Source of the DNA: Opitutia bacterium | GTDB lineage: Bacteria > Verrucomicrobiota > Verrucomicrobiia > Opitutales > T3Sed10-336 | Direction of reading: 5' to 3' | Assembly (NCBI GenBank): GCA_050506795.1 | Contig: JBJHCF010000055.1 | Coordinates: 1-29,101, forward strand | DNA: 29,101 bases | In this document: in pieces, positions 26,719-29,101 of the stretch | How the letters are laid out: each line of letters begins with the position of its first letter | Numbering within the stretch: position 1 is the stretch's first letter | Made by a program: the position numbers and the translations under genes | The notes under the pieces: generated by a model | What the model saw: only the letters and a program-made list of their open reading frames with translations | Database searches by the model: none | What the model was told of the DNA's origin: nothing

Positions 26719-28167
26719 ATGAATGTAGCGACCCATGACAACGAATCCCTGAAATTGGACCAGGCAATCCTCAACGATTTCGAGGCTACCTTCAGGGGTC
26801 AACTGCTGTACCAGGATCACGATGCCTACGACGAGGCTCGCACCATCTACAACGCGATGATTGACAAGCGACCCGCCATAATCGCCCGGTGCGCCAATGT
26901 CGCCGACGTGATCACGTCGGTGAACTTTGCCCGGGACAACAACCTGGTCGTGTCGATCCGAAGCGGCGGCCACAACGGGCCCGGACTCGCGCTGGTGAAC
27001 GACGGGCTGGTCATCGACCTCTCCCGTTTAAAAGGTATCCGCGTCGATCCGCTTGAGAAGACGGCCCGGGTTGAGGCTGGATGCACCTGGGGTGACGTCG
27101 ATCACACGACCCATGCCTTCGGGCTGGCAACCGTGAGTGGCGTTATCTCCACAACAGGCGTCGGCGGTCTGACTCTCGGCGGAGGACACGGCTACTTGAC
27201 CCGCAAGTACGGCCTAACGATCGACAACCTGTTGGGGGCGGACGTCGTCCTCGCGGACGGGCGATGGGTGCATGTCAACGAGGACGAGCATCAGGATCTG
27301 TTCTGGGCGCTCCGCGGCGGGGGCGGGAACTTCGGCGTCGTGACCGCTTTCGAGTACCGGCTCCACCCACTCGCCAACGTCATCGCCGGGCCGATGTTCT
27401 GGCCCATCGAAGAGCTCGAAACAACGATGCGCTGGTATCGGGAGTGGCTGCCACGGCAATCCGACGACGTGTACGCCTTCTATCTCACCGCCGAAGTCCC
27501 GGCCGGCGACCCCTTTCCCCCGGAAATCCATGGGAGAAAAGTCTGCGGGCTGCTTTGGTGTTACACGGGATCCAAGGAGCAAGCGGAGTCCTTGATTCTG
27601 CCCGCCCGCCAAGTAGCCAAACCGATATTTGAGTTAATTGGCGAAATGCCCTATCCGAAGCTGCAAAGCATGTTTGACGGGCTCTACCCGCCGGGGGATC
27701 ATTGGTATTGGAAAGGCAACTACGTGCGCGACCTGACCGACGAGGCCATAGCCGAGCACGTCCGTTTCGCGGAAGTGCCTACATCCAAGTCGACGATGCA
27801 CCTCTATCCCGTCAACGGCGCCGCGGGCAGGATCGGTCCAAATCAAACCGCCTGGAATAAGCGGGACGCGAATTGGTCCATGGTCATCGTCGGTGTCGAT
27901 TCCGATCCTTCAAAAGTCAAAGACATGACCCAATGGGCCCGGGATTACTGGAAGGCACTGCAACCGCACTCCATCAGTGGCGCCTACATAAACTTCATGA
28001 TGGACGAAGGCCGGGACCGAGTTCGTGACGCCTACGGCGACAACTACCAGCGACTGCGCCAGATAAAAGCCGCCTACGATCCTGAAAATCTGTTTCGAAT
28101 CAACCAAAACATTGAACCTGCAACCCACACACAACATGCCACACATTATGCTCGAAGCCACATTTGA
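26719..28167 (+). CDS. FAD-binding oxidoreductase, berberine-bridge-enzyme-like (FAD_binding_4 + BBE)
   Basis: AGGAGG RBS at 26706; RSGGHN histidyl-FAD motif, GVGGLTLGGGHG, DLFWALRGGGGNFGVVT, YINF..YDPENLFRINQNI. Confidence 0.93.
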   Translation: MNVATHDNESLKLDQAILNDFEATFRGQLLYQDHDAYDEARTIYNAMIDKRPAIIARCANVADVITSVNFARDNNLVVSIRSGGHNGPGLALVNDGLVIDLSRLKGIRVDPLEKTARVEAGCTWGDVDHTTHAFGLATVSGVISTTGVGGLTLGGGHGYLTRKYGLTIDNLLGADVVLADGRWVHVNEDEHQDLFWALRGGGGNFGVVTAFEYRLHPLANVIAGPMFWPIEELETTMRWYREWLPRQSDDVYAFYLTAEVPAGDPFPPEIHGRKVCGLLWCYTGSKEQAESLILPARQVAKPIFELIGEMPYPKLQSMFDGLYPPGDHWYWKGNYVRDLTDEAIAEHVRFAEVPTSKSTMHLYPVNGAAGRIGPNQTAWNKRDANWSMVIVGVDSDPSKVKDMTQWARDYWKALQPHSISGAYINFMMDEGRDRVRDAYGDNYQRLRQIKAAYDPENLFRINQNIEPATHTQHATHYARSHI

Positions 28168-28408
28168 TCCTGCCCTGACCGACGATGACCTGAAGGGACA
28201 CCTGGAACGCGTAACTCCCTGCCTGGAGCAGAATAACGTCCGGTGGATCTGCAGCTTTCTCTCCGAGGATAGGAAGCGTCGGATTTGTATCCACGAAGCA
28301 AACGACGCGGAGGCGGTTCGGGACGCCTACCGCACGGCCAACATCCCTTTCGTTAGAGCCTGGCCGGCTCAACTCCTGTCACTCGATGACAATCCCTCCC
28401 TGAAATGA
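28136..28408 (+). CDS. DUF4242 (SCO4226 nickel-binding-like) protein, 90 aa
   Basis: VRWICSFLSEDRKRRICIHEANDAEAVR pattern. Confidence 0.75.
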   Translation: MPHIMLEATFDPALTDDDLKGHLERVTPCLEQNNVRWICSFLSEDRKRRICIHEANDAEAVRDAYRTANIPFVRAWPAQLLSLDDNPSLK

Positions 28409-28441
28409 AGAATGCAACAAACCCAAGAAAGGAGAAAGCAG

Positions 28442-28582
28442 ATGAACAAAATACGAAAAGCCCAATCCATCGCCCTCGCGGTCGCGTCCCAGATACCGTG
28501 CGACTACTGCGTTTACTTCCACACGCAGGCAGCCGAAGCGAACGGAGCCACGGATGAGGAAATCCCCGAAACGCTAGTGTAG
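28442..28582 (+). pseudogene. AhpD/carboxymuconolactone decarboxylase family fragment (46 aa)
   Basis: AGGAG RBS; MNKIRKAQSIALAVASQIPCDYCVYFHTQAAEANGATDEEIPETLV*; CxYCxxxH motif; ends at the IS630 end; not in the ORF track. Confidence 0.8.
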
Positions 28583-29101
28583 CCCGTCAAGGAGTCTGTA
28601 ACTTATTCAATTTTGCGCGACCACGCTTTACTTTTCTGTGTTTATGAGTGGCGTAGTTGTCACAAATGATATGGACCTCCTTTCCTTCAGGGACGCCGCG
28701 CTTGATTTGATTAAGAAACCTTATCCTTTCCTGGTGGCGGTGCTTGCTCATGCATTTCCCAATCACCGAACTATCAAGCCCATTGAGCGCAGCGAATAGT
28801 GAAGTCGTACCATTGCGTCTATAGTCGTGAGTCATTGTTTTGCAGCGACCTTTCTTTATCGGAAATCCAGGCTGGGTGCGATCCAGCGCTTGCATCTGGC
28901 TTTTCTCATCACAGGAGAATACCAAGGCATGTTCGGGAGGATTGAGATAGAGCCCAATCACATCCTCGAGTTTCTCAACAAATTACTTATCGTTGGAGAG
29001 CTTAAAAAGTTTGCTCAGATGCGGTTTTAGGCCATGCTCGCGCCAAATACGCCCGATGGTGGATTCGCTTATACCCGTCGCTTCAGCCATCAGTTTGCGG
29101 C
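28575..29101 (-). mobile_element. IS630-family element, 3' part
   Basis: Terminal ...GGGCTACACTA ending on a TA at 28575-28576; transposase remnant inside. Confidence 0.8.
28587..29101 (-). pseudogene. IS630-family transposase pseudogene
   Basis: [66 protein letters not shown]; in-frame TAA at 28983-28985 and loss of the catalytic-Glu region. Confidence 0.9.

Overview
GC-rich bacterial window. Protein motifs suggest Verrucomicrobia (Opitutales/Puniceicoccaceae-like); this is inference only. Both edges are damaged insertion sequences: IS701 family on the left and an IS630 pseudogene on the right. The left third is a five-gene toxin cassette: a YadA-head/tail-fibre-like protein with no beta-barrel, a protein with three NxGQLK motifs plus a TSP3-like repeat, a small Pro-rich secreted protein, a 2296-aa signal-peptide Rhs protein with an AT-rich membrane-active-looking tip, and a 2-TM putative immunity protein. 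The first four carry signal peptides. A pair of ~175-bp, ~84%-identical inverted repeats encloses exactly this cassette, and each copy lies next to an IS701-type end motif. The middle holds a GT4 glycosyltransferase, a cardiolipin synthase, a GH43-AbfB lipoprotein, a BspA-LRR/8-blade propeller surface protein and a small lipoprotein. The right part is a cluster around a BTAD-AAA-TPR regulator: methyltransferase and OsmC on one side; BBE-like FAD oxidase, DUF4242 and a broken AhpD on the other, preceded by a 12-bp-period direct-repeat operator candidate.
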